10,856 nucleotides of DNA from Cyanophora paradoxa CCMP329. Its lineage: Eukaryota; Plantae; Glaucophyta. The notes under the pieces are model-generated. The model did no database searches. It was not told where the DNA came from and saw nothing but the letters and a program-made list of their open reading frames with translations. How positions within the stretch are numbered: the stretch's first letter is position 1; each line of letters begins with the position of its first letter. The DNA is taken from NCBI GenBank assembly GCA_004431415.1, contig QPMI01000501.1, positions 1-10,856 of the forward strand, read 5' to 3'. Positions 9,864 through 10,856 of this stretch are shown in pieces. A program made the position numbers and the translations under genes.

Positions 9864-10856
9864 ATGGGCAAGCGGGGGTGCGCATTATCTCGTGCTGTAA
9901 CTTCTTCTGCGTTTACATAGTCACAACGATCTATACTTGGTCTACGTTCTGACGATTTCGCGTGCAGACCTTGCAAGTCATCTAGTGTCACAAAGACAGG
10001 TGTAGCACAAGATACGTCTTCTGACTCCGAAGATTGCACGCCTGCTAGGTGCGCATCTCGGTTGCCATGCGAAGCTGAGTTCCCATATGCACGTCTCAAT
10101 TTCTGATCGTAGTCTACTAGTGCGTCCGTGCGCGCACGCTTGTCTGCAGAAGCTGTGCATACGTCGTCACCTCAGTCCCCTGGCTTTGCGCCCGTGCTGG
10201 CCGGGTGCGCATGCACGCGCCCTTCGCGTACGCCACTCCAGACCGCATTGCAACCTGACGCCGAACGAACAGAGCCGCCCATATATCCATGGATTCCCTG
10301 CTTGAATCTGAGCATATGTCGACACCTCAGAACCCCGGCTCCACGCCCGGGCAGGCTGGGTGCGTATGCGCCCACGCGTGTGCCCTCCATGACGGCATTG
10401 CAACCTGACGCCGAACGAACAGAGCCGCACATATATCCATGGATTCCCTGCCTGACTGCGTACTGGTGGAGTTTTTTCAAGCCTGTCTTCCGATCGCAAG
10501 TCGGCCGTGGCGTTCTCCCAGTCGTATCAACGCGCGCGTTGCATTTTCCTGTCTTCCTCAGACTCAGTCCCTGTGTACGGGGACCGTGGTTTGTGTTCGA
10601 CCTGGACGCTGCACTGCACGAGCTTGGCTACGTTGATCCGCGCGAGATGGTCGACGATTTGCAAATGTCTGATATTAATGATGTCCTTTGCCCTGGGTGT
10701 ACCACCTCCTCACCCAGGAGAGCAACTTCTTGCGCATCGTGTCCACCGCATTTGCAGATCCTGTGTGCGGCGCCCGTACATCGCTGACTTTCTTCACCGC
10801 GTCATCCTCTGGGCTTTCGTGCCGGAACCTCATCATCTCCCATCCCCGATGATCGG
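9864..10856 (+). CDS. F-box protein, multi-exon, runs off the right end of the window; start uncertain
   Basis: Introns ~10049-10112, 10205-10272, 10360-10422 and 10697-10757 (the last three are phase 2 and frame-consistent). At 10439-10535: MDSLPDCVLVEFFQACLPIASR/RGVLPVVSTR (one frame change at ~10505), matching the F-box pattern L..LP...L..IF..L......L..VS.R. The frame stays open to the window end (..RRPYIADFLHRVILWAF..). Confidence 0.6.
10160..10451 (+). repeat. Tandem duplication, period ~150 nt, of an exon + intron unit
   Basis: 10241-10301 and 10391-10451 match at 59 of 61 nt and span the branch point (ctgac), the acceptor (aacag) and the exon start. The upstream exons encode homologous HTSSPQSPGFAPVLAG and HMSTPQNPGSTPGQAG. 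Confidence 0.9.

Noticed and set aside
7290-10442. 12-mer atatatccatgg shared by gene 2 (~7290) and the gene 3 repeats
   Set aside because: Flanks do not align; too short to infer homology.
9347-10451. CRISPR-like reading of the spaced repeats
   Set aside because: Eukaryotic intron-rich context, only 2-3 copies, wrong lengths, no cas genes; the 10.2-10.4 kb repeat is explained by exon-intron duplication.

Overview
Eukaryotic genomic DNA with many short (about 45-85 nt) spliceosomal introns, so the ORF track fragments the real genes. Manual splicing gives three co-oriented + strand genes, all linked to the ubiquitin/SUMO system. (1) A ~21-intron, roughly 1,350-aa gene (~95-5479) has a central Ulp1/C48 SUMO-protease domain of Ulp2/SENP6-7 flavour, with catalytic His and Cys intact but the triad Asp apparently replaced by Cys. 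(2) A gene (~6144/7253-9111) encodes a tandem array of divergent SUMO/ubiquitin-like domains without di-Gly ends. (3) An F-box gene (~9864 to the window end). Genes 2 and 3 each start just after a long C tract and each contains a tandemly duplicated exon+intron unit. All three models need several 1-nt indels, mostly in short homopolymers, so the sequence is either error-prone or the cluster is decaying. No transposase, RNA gene or CRISPR array was seen. All gene models are by-eye reconstructions with no database search.
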